From: the human T2T-CHM13v2.0 reference genome, Homo sapiens
Direction: 5' to 3' (one strand)
Length of the DNA stretch: 64,000 nucleotides
Assembly: GCF_009914755.1 (NCBI RefSeq)
Contig: NC_060927.1
Shown: one piece after another, positions 34,973 to 51,082 of the stretch
Layout: the number at the start of each line of letters is the position of its first letter
Numbering within the stretch: the stretch's first letter is position 1
Position numbers and translations under genes: made by a program
The notes under the pieces: model-generated
What the model was told of the DNA's origin: nothing
Databases searched by the model: none
The model's input: the letters and a program-made list of their open reading frames with translations, nothing else

Positions 34973-35214
34973 TTACTTTTACATTTTTAAATTATGTTTT
35001 CTACATCTGCTTCCCTGCACTATTTTTCCCTTATACCGGTGGGGGGGTGTGGGTGGTAATCCTTTTAGGTTGCTTCATATCTGATCGCCTTAGTTATGAA
35101 ATGTAATTTTTTGGTCAATAAACACTTTTTCTTAAAATTTTTCTGGGATTGTGCAAAATAGCAGAGGTAAACTGTCATTCTTCAATCATACTTAGAGATG
35201 GTCAGGCTCGATTG

Positions 35215-35380
35215 TTTACTGGTTTATTATAAAGGATACAAGTCAGGAACTGCCAAATGAAAGAGATGCATGAGGCAAGGTCGGGGTGAGGGAAGGGGCT
35301 TGGAAAGTAGAGCTTCCATGACTTCTTTGAGCATGCCACATTTCCAGCCCATCAATAGATTCACCAGCCCGGGAGCTCTA
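35215..35380. mobile_element. MER21-like LTR fragment
   Basis: Recalled consensus tttactggtttattataaaggataca...caaatgaaagagatgcat...gagcttccatg. Confidence 0.65.
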
Positions 35381-36344
35381 CCATCATACTTTTTAAACAG
35401 ATTATTTCAGAGTCACAAAACGGTTTGTGTCCTCTTCTTAACTGTGTGAATACTTTATTAGCTTGTCCAAGGTTAGTCTGGAGGTTGGGAAGCTGATAAC
35501 CAGTTTCATTTTTTGTTTTTCCAAATGTATTCAGAGGGTTTGGTCAGTTTTGTGCCAGACTCACAACATTCTTCTGCAGCTCTAGGAATCCTTTGAAGGA
35601 AAGAAAAGGTGACTTTGCCCTTAGTAATAAATTTAGAACAAAAATGATCCAAGAGAGAGCTTTATTAAGCTTGTAAGGTGATTTTTAAAGACTTGAGCCA
35701 TAAGAAATTTCCATTCTTGTAGGTCAGAAATGGTTAAGTATTGACAGTTTCATATGGTTTACACTAACATTTTGTTACATTAAAAATATATTGGTTGCTT
35801 AAATACAGGGTTTGCCTTTCTAGCCCCTTAGGAAATTTACATGAAGTTACAGCACATAAAGTAATGTCATGGCCCAGCAGTGGACCCAAGAAGACAACAT
35901 ATGATTTATAGTAGAAAGTTAATTTTGAAAAGGTCTAAAATGGAAATATTTATTTTTATACCTAATTAGTGGTTTTTTATTTGCCTTTTAAAAATGGTGT
36001 CATCTCTTTAAAAATCTTCATAACACTTAATAGTAAATATTTCATAAGTATTTGCTTAATGATTGATTTTTGCTGACTAAAGATTGCTAGAAAAATATGC
36101 TCCGCCTGTAAAGTTTGAAGGTAATGTGAAAATGAAGAGTTCTTTAGATTTCGTTTACATTGGGTATCTAGTACAGTGTTTTGGGCTCTTGGAAGGGCAG
36201 TAGAAATATCCCTCCTCCCTCATTTCACATGTAACATTTTTGCTTTTTATTTTAGATATCTGCCTTGCTCAGCAAGTAATATATAAGCAACACACATAGA
36301 CACGTTACATAGTAAGCCTGACATCTAAGGTGATAACGTGTTTA

Positions 36345-36657
36345 GTTTTTGTTTTTTTCTGTTTTCTTTTTTTTTTGGAGATGGAGTTTCGGTCTTGTCC
36401 AGGCTCTAGTGCAATGGCGCCATCTCGGCTCAGCGCAACCTCCGCCTCCTGGGTTCAAGTGATTCTCCTGCCTCAGCCTCCCAAGTAGCAGAGATTACAG
36501 GCATGTGCCACCACACCCAGCTAATTTTGTATTTTTGGTAGAGACGGGTTTTCTCCACATTGGTCAGGCTGGTCTCGAACTCCTGACCTCAGGTGATCCA
36601 CCCGCCTCGGCCTCCCAAAGTGCCAGGATTACAGGCTTGAGCCACCACGCGCAGCCC
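36345..36657 (-). mobile_element. Alu
   Basis: Alu consensus. Confidence 0.92.
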
Positions 36658-36974
36658 TGATAATGTTTTTTGTAAGGTTTCTTCCTTGCATTTAGCATAT
36701 TTGAAATTTTAAAAACCTGTTTTTGAACTGTGAGGTTTTCTGGTTTAGTATTCATAGTTAAAATAGGAATTGGCAAGTTTTTGTTCTTGTGGCATATGCC
36801 TTTCCTTTTCTAGTCATATGGCGGATTGTCAGGCATTATGGTTATATATCTATATATTATATTAAAATGTTGGGATAGGCGCCTTGAGAGAAATTGGATT
36901 AAAAAAGAGAATAAAAATTATCTGAGGTAAGACACTCCTTTCTTTTACAACTTTTTAGATTTTTTTTTTTTTCC

Positions 36975-37260
36975 AAATTTTATTTTTTTGAGACAGGGTC
37001 TTACTCTGTCACCCAGGCTGGAGTACAATGGTGCCATCATGGCTCACTTACAGCCTTGACCTCCCGGGCTCAAGGGATCTTCCCTGTCTCAGCTTCTTGA
37101 GTAGCTGGGATCATAGGCGTGTGCTACCATGCTGGGCTAATTTTTGTATTTTTTGTAGAGATGAGGTTTTGCCATGGTGCCCAAGCGAGTCTTGAACTCC
37201 TGGGCTCAAGCAGTCACCCACCTCAGCCTCCCAAAGTGGTGTGTGCTACCATGCCTAGTC
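36975..37260 (-). mobile_element. AluJ-like element
   Basis: Alu consensus. Confidence 0.85.
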
Positions 37261-37877
37261 TAATTCAGTATTTTATTTATATAAAAGATATACATGGATT
37301 ATTTACTCTACTTTTTAAAAAGTTTTAAGTTTGATTCTTTTGGCCAGTCTGAAGTTTTTAGCTGTCTGTATTTAGATGTAGTTTTTCTCATCATACCAAG
37401 ATACCAAGACCATTGTTAGTCTTACTGCTTGGGAAACGCTCGCACATAAAGGAGAGACGAACATATTCTTTGTTACTTGTTTTTGTCTTGCAGAGTGGCC
37501 AGTTTCTAGGACTTGATATAGTAAAGAAAGCTGGTAGGAAACTGATTTGTTAAAGTGTCAGCCTTAAAGGTGAATGAGATAATACTATTATTTAGGTAGA
37601 GAAATCATACATGTTCATTCCAGATGTTAAACTTTTCTAATGCGCATTTTCTTCTTAAAATGTCATAATACAAAATGGCAGATACATAATAGCAGTACTC
37701 AATAAATGTATTTCACATGTTGAAAATGGGTCCTTATGATTGATTATTTAGTTTAATAGTAAATAATAGGAAAATTTCTTTGGAAAAATGGAAATATAGT
37801 TAATTTACTGAAGACTGGTAAAAATTCTCTGTCTTTGATACTTATTCTTAATTTGGCTACTTGAAAGGCATAGGTTG

Positions 37878-38235
<358 letters not shown>

Positions 38236-38754
38236 TTAGGATCCAGATTGGAATTACATTTAAATCACTCACATTTGTTTGCTTGAGTTTAGAGATTTTT
38301 TTTGAAACAGAATTTGACTTGGGATCATTTGGTGGAAAGAATCCTGAAATAGGCTTTTGGAATTTGATTCTTCCTATTTATTTCATCCTGTACTCCATAA
38401 AACGATAGTGATTAAAATGAGTGCTATTGTGTTTTTAGGCTTCTCATCATGGTCACTCCACAGTCTCCTGGATTTTAGTATGTTAGAGCAGTGTGTGGGC
38501 CATTTGAGAGTGTGAATTGTTCCTGCGAAATAGTTTGCAGAGTTAAGTAAAATCTGAGGAAAAGGAATTTCTGTGGGGCGCTGTTATTCAATGACAGATT
38601 CGTAAATCAATTCAGTAATTAACATTTAGGATATAGTACACTAGAGCACAGTTTTAATGCTGGCTTATTGAAGTGATATTTTATTGTGTGAGATATACTC
38701 TTCATTTTGTATAGGATATGATTTGATCCATAGCACTGTAAGTGGGGGTGTTTT

Positions 38755-41494
<2,740 letters not shown>

Positions 41495-41644
41495 ACAAAC
41501 ATCTTAAAAGATGGAAGAATACTGTCATATACCCTTTTAGCAAACCAGGATGATCTGGGTTCTTGTTGGAGGATTTTGCATGATGGAGTCTCAGTTGAGT
41601 CATTAACTGGATGAGAATACACATCATCTTTCCCTCTTCTCCTT

Positions 41645-41725
41645 AGAAATACATTGTTTGAGAACAATGTTTGAGAAATACATCGTTTGAGAAATACATC
41701 GTTTGAGAAATACATTGAGAACATT
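41645..41725. repeat. Short minisatellite, ~16-bp unit AGAAATACATCGTTTG, about 5 degenerate copies
   Basis: Read directly. Confidence 0.85.
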
Positions 41726-42837
41726 CATCTAAGATGTCACCATCTCAGACTTCATAGTCTGAGGTTTTGCTTTGTAAGATAATTTCACATTTATCAGTAC
41801 TCTTTGCATCTGTTGTCTGATATCTCTAATAATTAGAAAGGCCTTCCTCTGTAAATTTTTCTTCTCTTCGCAATTATGAGTGAAAAAAATTCATAATTAT
41901 CAACTGGTCAACGGTAGCTAAAAGCAGACTACAAGGATGGTGTCTTTGGTCTTTTTGAACTGTTTTGAAAGAGATGTGATACCTCAGGCTATGCAGTAAG
42001 GAAACTGTATGAACATTAACAGTTTATTTCACTGTTGTATCCTCTAGGTGATGCCATCATTCCTCTGTTCCATTTTAGTCTTTATTTAAAGCATAGCTGA
42101 GAATAACTGATGAATGTTGATGAAATTGTAAAGTGTTTCAAGATATAGGAAAAATAAGATCACTAGATTCTACCTTACATTTATAAAAGGGCCCAGTGGA
42201 TACATATAATAATTACAGAATAAGGGTGAGTTCTGTTCTAGTCTTAGAGAAGTAAACTTTCTTGTTTTTTGGAATATGTCGTAAGGAAGAATATAAGTCA
42301 TGAGATATTGATCCCTTTGAATAGTTAGATCTGTTTATAAAAGAAATGGAAAAGCTAAAATTGAGTTTAACGGACCCTGATTGGTATATTGGACTTCCTG
42401 CTTTTTCTCATAGCTTTTTTCTAATCATGGTATACGATAAAGTTCATTAGTAGGTTTTGGTTTATTCATTTCCAGTTCCAGTATTCCTACCACTTCCAAG
42501 ATTACTCTCAAATCATCCTGATAGAAGCTTCAGGCTTTCTAAAAGTCTTTGTTTTTAGTTGTTTGTGTTTATCTCCCAGATGGCTGTTAACAGCCACTGA
42601 TAGGTTTCCCTGATGATCTCTGCAAGGACAGTCAATCTTGGTTTTTATTGGTTTTTAGTTTCTTCTCAGCCCCCCTTTTCTACCTTTCTCTATACTGAAA
42701 ATATAATACGTTAAAGAAGCTCTGCTGTGTCATAAGAAATAACTCTAATCCCAAGTGAAAGCTTCTGTGACCTATTACGTTAATAAAACTGATATTTATA
42801 GATATAAAGAATATGACTTGTTTTTTTGTGGATAGTT

Positions 42838-43131
42838 TTTATTTTGTTTTTTTTGAGATGGAGTTTTGCTCTAGGTGCCTAGGCTGGAGTGCAATGGTGT
42901 GATCTCTGCTCACTGCATCCTCCACCCTCTGGACATGATTCTCCTGCCTCAGCCCTCCGAGTAGATGAGATTACAGGCACCTGCCACCATGCCCGGCTAA
43001 TTTTTATATTTTAGTAGAGACAGGGTTTACCGTGTTGGTCAGCCTTGTCTCGAACTCCTGACCTCAGGTTATCCACCCACCTTGGCCTCCCAAAGTGCTG
43101 GGATTACAGGTGTGAGCCACTGCGTCCGGCC
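42838..43131 (-). mobile_element. Alu
   Basis: Alu consensus. Confidence 0.9.
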
Positions 43132-43649
43132 TGGATAGGAATTTTGTAAGATACTTAATGTATTCTGCTAGATGGACTGAATGTGTGTAATTTTTTTGTT
43201 CAGTTAAACAATTTTAGTACATTTGATTTAGGTTCTTTAGCACGGGATCTAAATGTCATATCCTCGATGGAATTTAAAAATTACGTTAATCACTTTCTGA
43301 GAACAATTTTTAATATTAACAATGTTGACAGAAACAGGAAGACCTGTGTTTTACATTATTTAAAACTCCTTTGTAAGAGCATTTCTTTAAAATAATACTT
43401 ATGTTTAGTAAACCTCATGAATATGGAATTAATTTCTAAGAAGCTAAATTGCCCAAAAAAGTAGTTTTATTTTTAAGTAGTAAATTTAAGTTACATATCA
43501 CTTTCTTTAAATTGCATTTAATATGCCAATTTAAATAAAATAGCATTTTTCATTCTTAAGTTTATTGGGATTGGGTATTAATAAAAAGTCATTTACAGCA
43601 TTGAAATCTTTTGGGATGAATGGATATAGGCATTTTTTTTTCTTCTCAG

Positions 43650-43721
43650 GTATATTCAAGAGCAAATGACCAAGAGCCATGTGGGTGGTGGTTGGCTAAA
43701 GTTCGGATGATGAAAGGAGAA
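43650..43721 (+). CDS. FXR1: FXR1 exon 4 ([24 protein letters not shown]), Agenet 2
   Basis: tctcag|GTA ... GAA|gtaagt; 72 nt. Confidence 0.97.
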
Positions 43722-44131
43722 GTAAGTACTCTTCACACTTGCTTTGTGACTAGTTTCTAAGGAAGTACCTCAGTGCTTGGTTTTTGTAAATCTTATTTCA
43801 ACTGTTAGTTTTATTTCTAAAAGCCTACCTGAGAAATAGTTGATCAGACATTTCCATTAGCATTAATTTCTGTTTGTGTTCTGTATTGGCAAACACCAAA
43901 GCTGCTCTCCAGAGGTACACCTCAAGCATGTAAGGACCGCCAAGGTTCATGCTTGTAAGAACCTATAATCTAGTTTAGGCAAATCAGATTGATGTAGCTA
44001 AGCTGTGCTTAGTATTTTATGCCACATGGGGGAGGGTCCGTTGGTTAAGCTGAGCAAGGTAATTAGAACTTCATTTAAACTTCATTATTTTTGTTCAGAT
44101 GGGATTTTTAAAGTATTTTGATGTCTTTTAG

Positions 44132-44280
44132 TTTTATGTCATTGAATATGCTGCTTGTGACGCTACTTACAATGAAATAGTCACATTTGAACGACTTCGG
44201 CCTGTCAATCAAAATAAAACTGTCAAAAAAAATACCTTCTTTAAATGCACAGTGGATGTTCCTGAGGATTTGAGAGAGGC
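44132..44280 (+). CDS. FXR1: FXR1 exon 5 ([49 protein letters not shown])
   Basis: ttttag|TTT ... GC|gtgagt; 149 nt. Confidence 0.97.
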
Positions 44281-44505
44281 GTGAGTAATTTTATATACTA
44301 TTGAATTGTTCTGTGAATTAAGAAGATTTTTCAGTCCTACAAAACATTTTCCCTAATGCCCAATCAAACCTTCTGATGGAAAATCATCTTAATGAACAAA
44401 GGTTTTAGTGGGGCTTGTCAAAATGAAACACTGACTTTGTATTGTGACTCTCCTCTGACTTTAATCTGTTATTGAGTTCTTACACATAAATTGATTTCTC
44501 TCTAG

Positions 44506-44599
44506 GTGTGCTAATGAAAATGCACATAAAGATTTTAAGAAAGCAGTAGGAGCATGCAGAATTTTTTACCATCCAGAAACAACACAGCTAATGATACTG
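44506..44599 (+). CDS. FXR1: FXR1 exon 6 ([31 protein letters not shown])
   Basis: ctctag|G ... CTG|gtaaga; 94 nt. Confidence 0.97.
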
Positions 44600-45011
44600 G
44601 TAAGATAGTACCATATTATAAGGTAGCTTATTAATGGATATTGCACAGATTTTATAATTACATATTTCAGAAGAGAAAAGCTAAGATCAACTTAGTGTAT
44701 AGTGAATTTATTAATATAGTGTGGGAGAAAAATTTGTTTGCAGCTATAAAATGTTAATTACATTCTTAACATCATAAAATTCTTAATGTGTGAGATTCCG
44801 GATTTTTCCCCAATCAAACATATTCTGAATAGCAGATCTAAATAATACAGGAATTCAGAAAGGAAAGTGTGATTACTCAGAGTAGTGAGTGTTAGGTGAA
44901 AGAAGTGTAGTAGATGAGAAGCAAGGAAGGCTTTGCATAGAAGATGGGATGGTGTTTGTGCTATTTGGAAGAATGATTAAAGTTTTGAGTAATTAGCTTG
45001 TTTGTTTATAG

Positions 45012-45128
45012 TCTGCCAGTGAAGCAACTGTGAAGAGAGTAAACATCTTAAGTGACATGCATTTGCGAAGTATTCGTACGAAGTTGATGCTTATGTCCAG
45101 AAATGAAGAGGCCACTAAGCATTTAGAA
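45012..45128 (+). CDS. FXR1: FXR1 exon 7 ([39 protein letters not shown])
   Basis: ttatag|TCT ... GAA|gtaagt; 117 nt. Confidence 0.97.
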
Positions 45129-45169
45129 GTAAGTGGGTTTACTTACAAAAGAGTTTTCTGTGTCCCATT

Positions 45170-45468
<299 letters not shown>

Positions 45469-46280
45469 CCCATTTAGTTTTATATTTTTCAAGTTCCTTG
45501 CTTCAAACGAAGGCAGCCCAGGACCTCTGTTTCGTGACTGTTTGGAGTTGTGTCCGTAGAACAATTGCTTTTCCATTTTACCTTTTATCAAACATAGCCT
45601 TTCCTTTGCGAAATGCCTGTTGACTTGTTGGTAGGACTTAGATGACAGGTGCCAAAGAGCTAAGAAACTAGGGATACTCAGTAGACTGTATTGCTAGTTC
45701 TTTACTTTGTATTTAACCTTTTTATTTTTTTAACTGCCTTGTCATCTGTCAGTCATGATATCTTTCATCAGTAACTAGTTCACTGTAACAACTCTTGTGT
45801 GAGAGGAGAGGAGGACTAGGAGTGAGGCATCATGTGGCATGTAGTATTAAAATATTAAGCTTATCATTATATCTCTGTCTTATCCTAAGGTACTCTGTTT
45901 TGTCCTGTTCTTCCCTGCTACACTAGTAGGATACTTGTTCTTCCCACTCACTCACACTTTCTAGATCTAGATGAACACATGTGCATGCACACACTGTGAT
46001 GTCTCAGAGAAATTAAGATATGTTTATTATCCTTAGGACAAATTTGGAAATGTTCTCATTAATTTAAAAATTCTGAACAAGGGATATGTGAACAAATCTG
46101 CCTGTATCTGGAAAAGTGTTTTAGACTAATAAAATAGATGAATAAAACAGTTTCTTTTCCCCATTCATTTTATGACATTAGATGAGTTTCCTTTGTTTCT
46201 TAAGAAACTTGAGTTTTGGCCTTTTTAAAAAAATTTATGTGGGTTTTCGGTGGTTTTTTCTTCTTGGGTTTTTCTTTATA

Positions 46281-46705
46281 CTGTGGTAAAGTACATATGA
46301 AACTTAGCATCTTAACCATTTTTAAGTGTACACTTAGTATTAAGTATGTTTACATTATTGATCAATCTTCAGTACATCTCATCTTGTAAAACTGCAAATC
46401 TATACCCTTTAGACAGCTGCTCATTTTCCCCTTTCCACAGCCCCTGACAACCATCATTCTATTTTCTGTTGCTATAAATTTGACTATTTTAGATACCTCA
46501 TGTAAGTAAAATCATTTTAGTCTTTTTTGTGACTGGCATATTTTACTTAGCATCAAGGTTCATCTATGTAGCATGTGTCAGAATTTCCTTTTTAAGGCAG
46601 AATGTATATACCACATTATGTTCATTCATTAATTGGTCTGTGGATTTGGGTTGCTTTCACCTCTTTACTGTCGTAAATAATGCTATGAACATGGATTTGC
46701 AATAA
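46281..46705 (-). mobile_element. L1MB-like 3' end
   Basis: Antisense 3'UTR motifs (catcttaaccattttaagtgtaca; caaccatcattctattttctgt). Confidence 0.8.
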
Positions 46706-46715
46706 AACATTTTGT

Positions 46716-47020
46716 GGCCGCGTGTGGTAGCTCATGCCTATAATCCCAGCACTTTGGGAGGCTGAAGTGGGAGGATTGCTTTAGCCCAAAAGTTCGAGAC
46801 CAGCCTGGGTAACATAGTGAGAGCTCGTCTCTACAAAAAATAAATTAAAAAAAAAAAATTAGCTGGGCTCAGTGGTGCGTGCCTGTATTTCCAACTATTC
46901 AGGAGGCTGAAGTGGGACGATTGCTTGAGCCCAGGAGATTGAGTTGGCAGTGAGCCATGATCACGCCACTGCACCCTAGCCTTGGTGACAGAGTGAGACC
47001 CTGTCTGGAAAAAAACCAAA
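46716..47020 (+). mobile_element. AluJ-like element
   Basis: Alu consensus. Confidence 0.88.
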
Positions 47021-47082
47021 CCATACAAAAAAGCCATTTTGTATTTTGATCTTTTATATTACTAATTTTCCTTTTTTATTAG

Positions 47083-47253
47083 TGCACAAAACAACTTGCA
47101 GCAGCTTTTCATGAGGAATTTGTTGTGAGAGAAGATTTAATGGGCCTGGCAATAGGAACACATGGTAGTAACATCCAGCAAGCTAGGAAGGTTCCTGGAG
47201 TTACCGCCATTGAGCTAGATGAAGATACTGGAACATTCAGAATCTACGGAGAG
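47083..47253 (+). CDS. FXR1: FXR1 exon 8, KH1 domain with GTHG loop
   Basis: tattag|TGC ... GAG|gtaagt; 171 nt; encodes [24 protein letters not shown]. Confidence 0.97.
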
Positions 47254-47705
47254 GTAAGTTCTCTTTCTCCTGCCTTGGCCTTTAGTGTATTAACCATCTA
47301 TTGTTTGATTATATTTTTATCTGAAATTCCAGTTTCCCATGAAACATTTTTGAGGTAGAATTTATTCAATTAGCATCAGTCAGCCTAGTAGTCTTACTTA
47401 TGAAGCTGAATTGAAGTTAACTTTGTATTGAGGGGAGTGAAAGATTTACTAAGTAATTAAATATGTAGTTTTTTTATTGAGGTTTCTTAACCGCTTCTGA
47501 GTTTACTTCAGTTTTATACCCGTTAACAAATAATCTATCGAAGTATTTTTTTGAATGTTTACTGTGTGCCAGGCACTGGCAGGAGTAAATGGCATATATT
47601 AGAATAGCTTTTCTAGAACTTGAGTTTGTATAATACTTCGTCACTGGTTAATCATGACGTTTGCAGGGGTAGAAAATTAGTAAGTTATTTTTAAAATGTT
47701 ATTCA

Positions 47706-48928
47706 GCCAGGTGCAGTGGCACACACCTGCAGTCCCAGCTACTTGGGAATCTGAGGCAGGAGGATTGCTTGAGCCTATGAGTTTGAATCTAGCCAGGGCA
47801 ACATAGAGTTTAGAAAAGTATATATAAATTTTTATATATACATACACATGCATCTTATCTATATTTTTATATATGTAAATTGAGACCATCCTTCAAATTA
47901 GAGTAACTGGATTTTTATTTTTTAAAGAGACAAGATTTTGCCATGTTGCACAGGCTTGTCTCGAACTCCTGAGCTCAAGCAATCCACCTGCCTCAGCCTT
48001 CCAAAGTGCCGGGACTATAGGCGTGAGCCACCGTGCCTGGCCTGGAGTTTTTTTTGAATGACAATTTTGTGTCTTGACTTTTCATACATAGCTCTTATGA
48101 ACAGCTGCTTTCACATAGTAAAGCTGACTAGAAGCTTCACTTTTAATTTCAAAACCTTTAAAAGTAGACAGTATAACATAGTAATTAAGAAGACAGACAG
48201 ACACGGTGGCTCACGTCTGTAACCCCAGCAAGTTTGGATGCTGAAGCAGGAAGATCACTTGAGTCCAGGAATGAGAGGCTGCAGTGAGCTATGATCATGC
48301 CATTGTCCTCTAGCCTGAGCAACAGAGAGCAAGGTCCTGTCTTGTTGAGAAGGAGGAGGGAAAAAAAAAAAAGACGAGCTTTGGAGCTATACTGCCTGGA
48401 TTGGAATTCACTTTAAGTAGGCTGCTTTGAGTAGGCTTGGAGTTTGTTACTTGTATAAGTGTTCTCATTATAAAATAATAATAGTGCTTACCTTAATACA
48501 GTTCTTAAGGATTAGATGCATTGTAAAAAATGTTGATTGCATATGGTATATCATGTAGTGTGCACACAATAATTTGAGCTATGGTTTTAAAATTTAAAAA
48601 AAATTTTATTTGCTTTTTTTTTTTTTTTTTTTTAAAGAGACAGGGTCTACTCTGTTGCTCAGGCTGGAGTGCAGTGGCGTGATCATAGCTCACTGCAGCC
48701 TCCAACCCCTGGGCTCAAGCCATCCTCTGGCCTCAGCCTCTTGAATAGCTAGGACTACAGGCATGTGCTGCCATGCTGGGCTAATTTAAATATATATCTG
48801 TATATTTTGTAGAGATGGAGGTTTCCTATGTTGCCCAGGCTGGTCTCAAACTCTTGGCCTTAAACGATCCTCCTATATTGGCCTCCCAAAGTGCAGGGAT
48901 TACAGGCGTGAGCCCACTGCATCTGGCC
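47706..48928. mobile_element. Alu monomers (~47706-47810 +, ~47910-48042 -, ~48200-48345 +) and AluJ (~48610-48928 -)
   Basis: Alu motifs. Confidence 0.82.
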
Positions 48929-49546
48929 TTATCTGTGGTTATTAAAGAACACACGTTAAAAGTGAAAGTGACTTTATTGAGAAGTAGAAAGTCTGTGTAG
49001 AGACTCACTCCCAACCCTCTAGTTGTTTAAAATTGTACTCATTAGAAATTATGAATTTTGATAATCTTACCAGTAGGTACTTTTAAAAAATGCATCTCTG
49101 CAAAAATAGCTTTTTAAGTCATATACCTGATTTTGAGAATAAATAAATCAGACAATTTTAACAATTTGTATTGTTAACATTTAACATGAGAATTTCAAGC
49201 AGGAGGTATAGACTAGTATATTTAGGATTGGGTTAAAGTTTTGGCTGTTCAGCAGCTGTGTAATTTAAACTCTGACACTAAATTTCTCAGCAGCTTAAAG
49301 ATTTTAGAGATGTTATTTTATTTTTGGTTTTAATAGTACTGACTGATTTGGGGTTTTTAAAAATGATTTTTTTTTAAGTACTTTGTGAATCACTTCACCT
49401 GAAATCTCTCCCCAGTGGAATGAGCATAATCTTTTAGTAGAACATAATCATTCAGAATTTTCTCTTTTCTCATCTTCTTGTTTTGGATTATGGGTTGCTC
49501 CGAGATTGAAACAGGATTTCATTTTTACTTTTCCCCTCATCTACAG

Positions 49547-49625
49547 AGTGCTGATGCTGTAAAAAAGGCTAGAGGTTTCTTGGAATTTGTGGAGGATTTT
49601 ATTCAGGTTCCTAGGAATCTCGTTG
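49547..49625 (+). CDS. FXR1: FXR1 exon 9 ([26 protein letters not shown])
   Basis: ctacag|AGT ... G|gtaggt; 79 nt. Confidence 0.97.
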
Positions 49626-50713
49626 GTAGGTACTTTTACTAAATGTTAAATAAGTTAATAAACATTATTTAGTTACATATAGCGACTTAATTGAAAACTA
49701 GTCTTGTAGTCTGATAACCTTATTCCAGTTATGTGTAGATTTATTTAGATAGCAATACTTCTTTTCTTTTTTTGGTGATAACATTTTGTGTAACTTGTTA
49801 TTGTCATATGTTAAAAAGTAAAGATGTTTCTTCTGTACAGGATGACTCACTAATAAGGCCCAGGGTTTTTATAAGTTTGTCATTACAGTTTTTCATCAGT
49901 CTTTTCATCCCTTGGGATCTTCCCTATTATTCTCACTCCTTTACTCTCTTTTTATCACTGATATATATTCATCAAAATTATGATAGTACTTTTTGAGAAG
50001 GTATTGGTGATATTTGTTTTGTTTAGTGCAGAAGAAAAATAACAGTGAACTAACAATAGGGTAATAAACTTCTACACAGTAGGTCCTGAATAGTAGGTTG
50101 TTGCAAGGCATAGAATAATAAGAAGTTGTGGGCAGGAGAGAAGGATGATAATATGAGGGGAGGTTTCACTGTTTATTATTTGACACCATTATTGAAACTG
50201 TTGTACCCATGGATTATAGTTAAGTGACAAGAATTTGCATTTGAAGCTATGGTTAAATGAGCATTATAGCTTGGAATGAGTTAATTTATAGCTCTGTTAT
50301 TAATATGCACTACATCTGTGCTGTCTTTTTGCTATTTGAGGCAATTGGGAAGGCTTTGGTTATGTGTTAAGTATGCAGTGACTATACTAAAAATTGACTT
50401 ACCTAAACATTTAATATAAAAAGAAGCATCAAGATAATGTAGTGTAGTTTTACTAGGAGGGGGACGAGTTTTTGTTCCCTGTTATCTCTCATTATTTTTT
50501 TTTGACGCTAGGGAAATACTTTCAGCTTCTTGGGTTCCATTTATATAATGCGGCCTGTTCTGCCTTTAGGAAATGATGTTTAGCTACGGACATTCTATTT
50601 GTTAAATTGTATAAAACAAACGTTAATAGAAAAATAAATACTTCCATTCTAAAAAGATTTTTTTTTTTTTTTTTTTTTTGGTCATTAGTAAGTAGTATAT
50701 TCAGGAAAAGTAG

Positions 50714-51082
<369 letters not shown>

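Noticed and set aside
41645-41725. Regularly spaced short repeats, superficially CRISPR-like
   Set aside because: No unique spacers, no cas genes, eukaryotic intron; a simple minisatellite.
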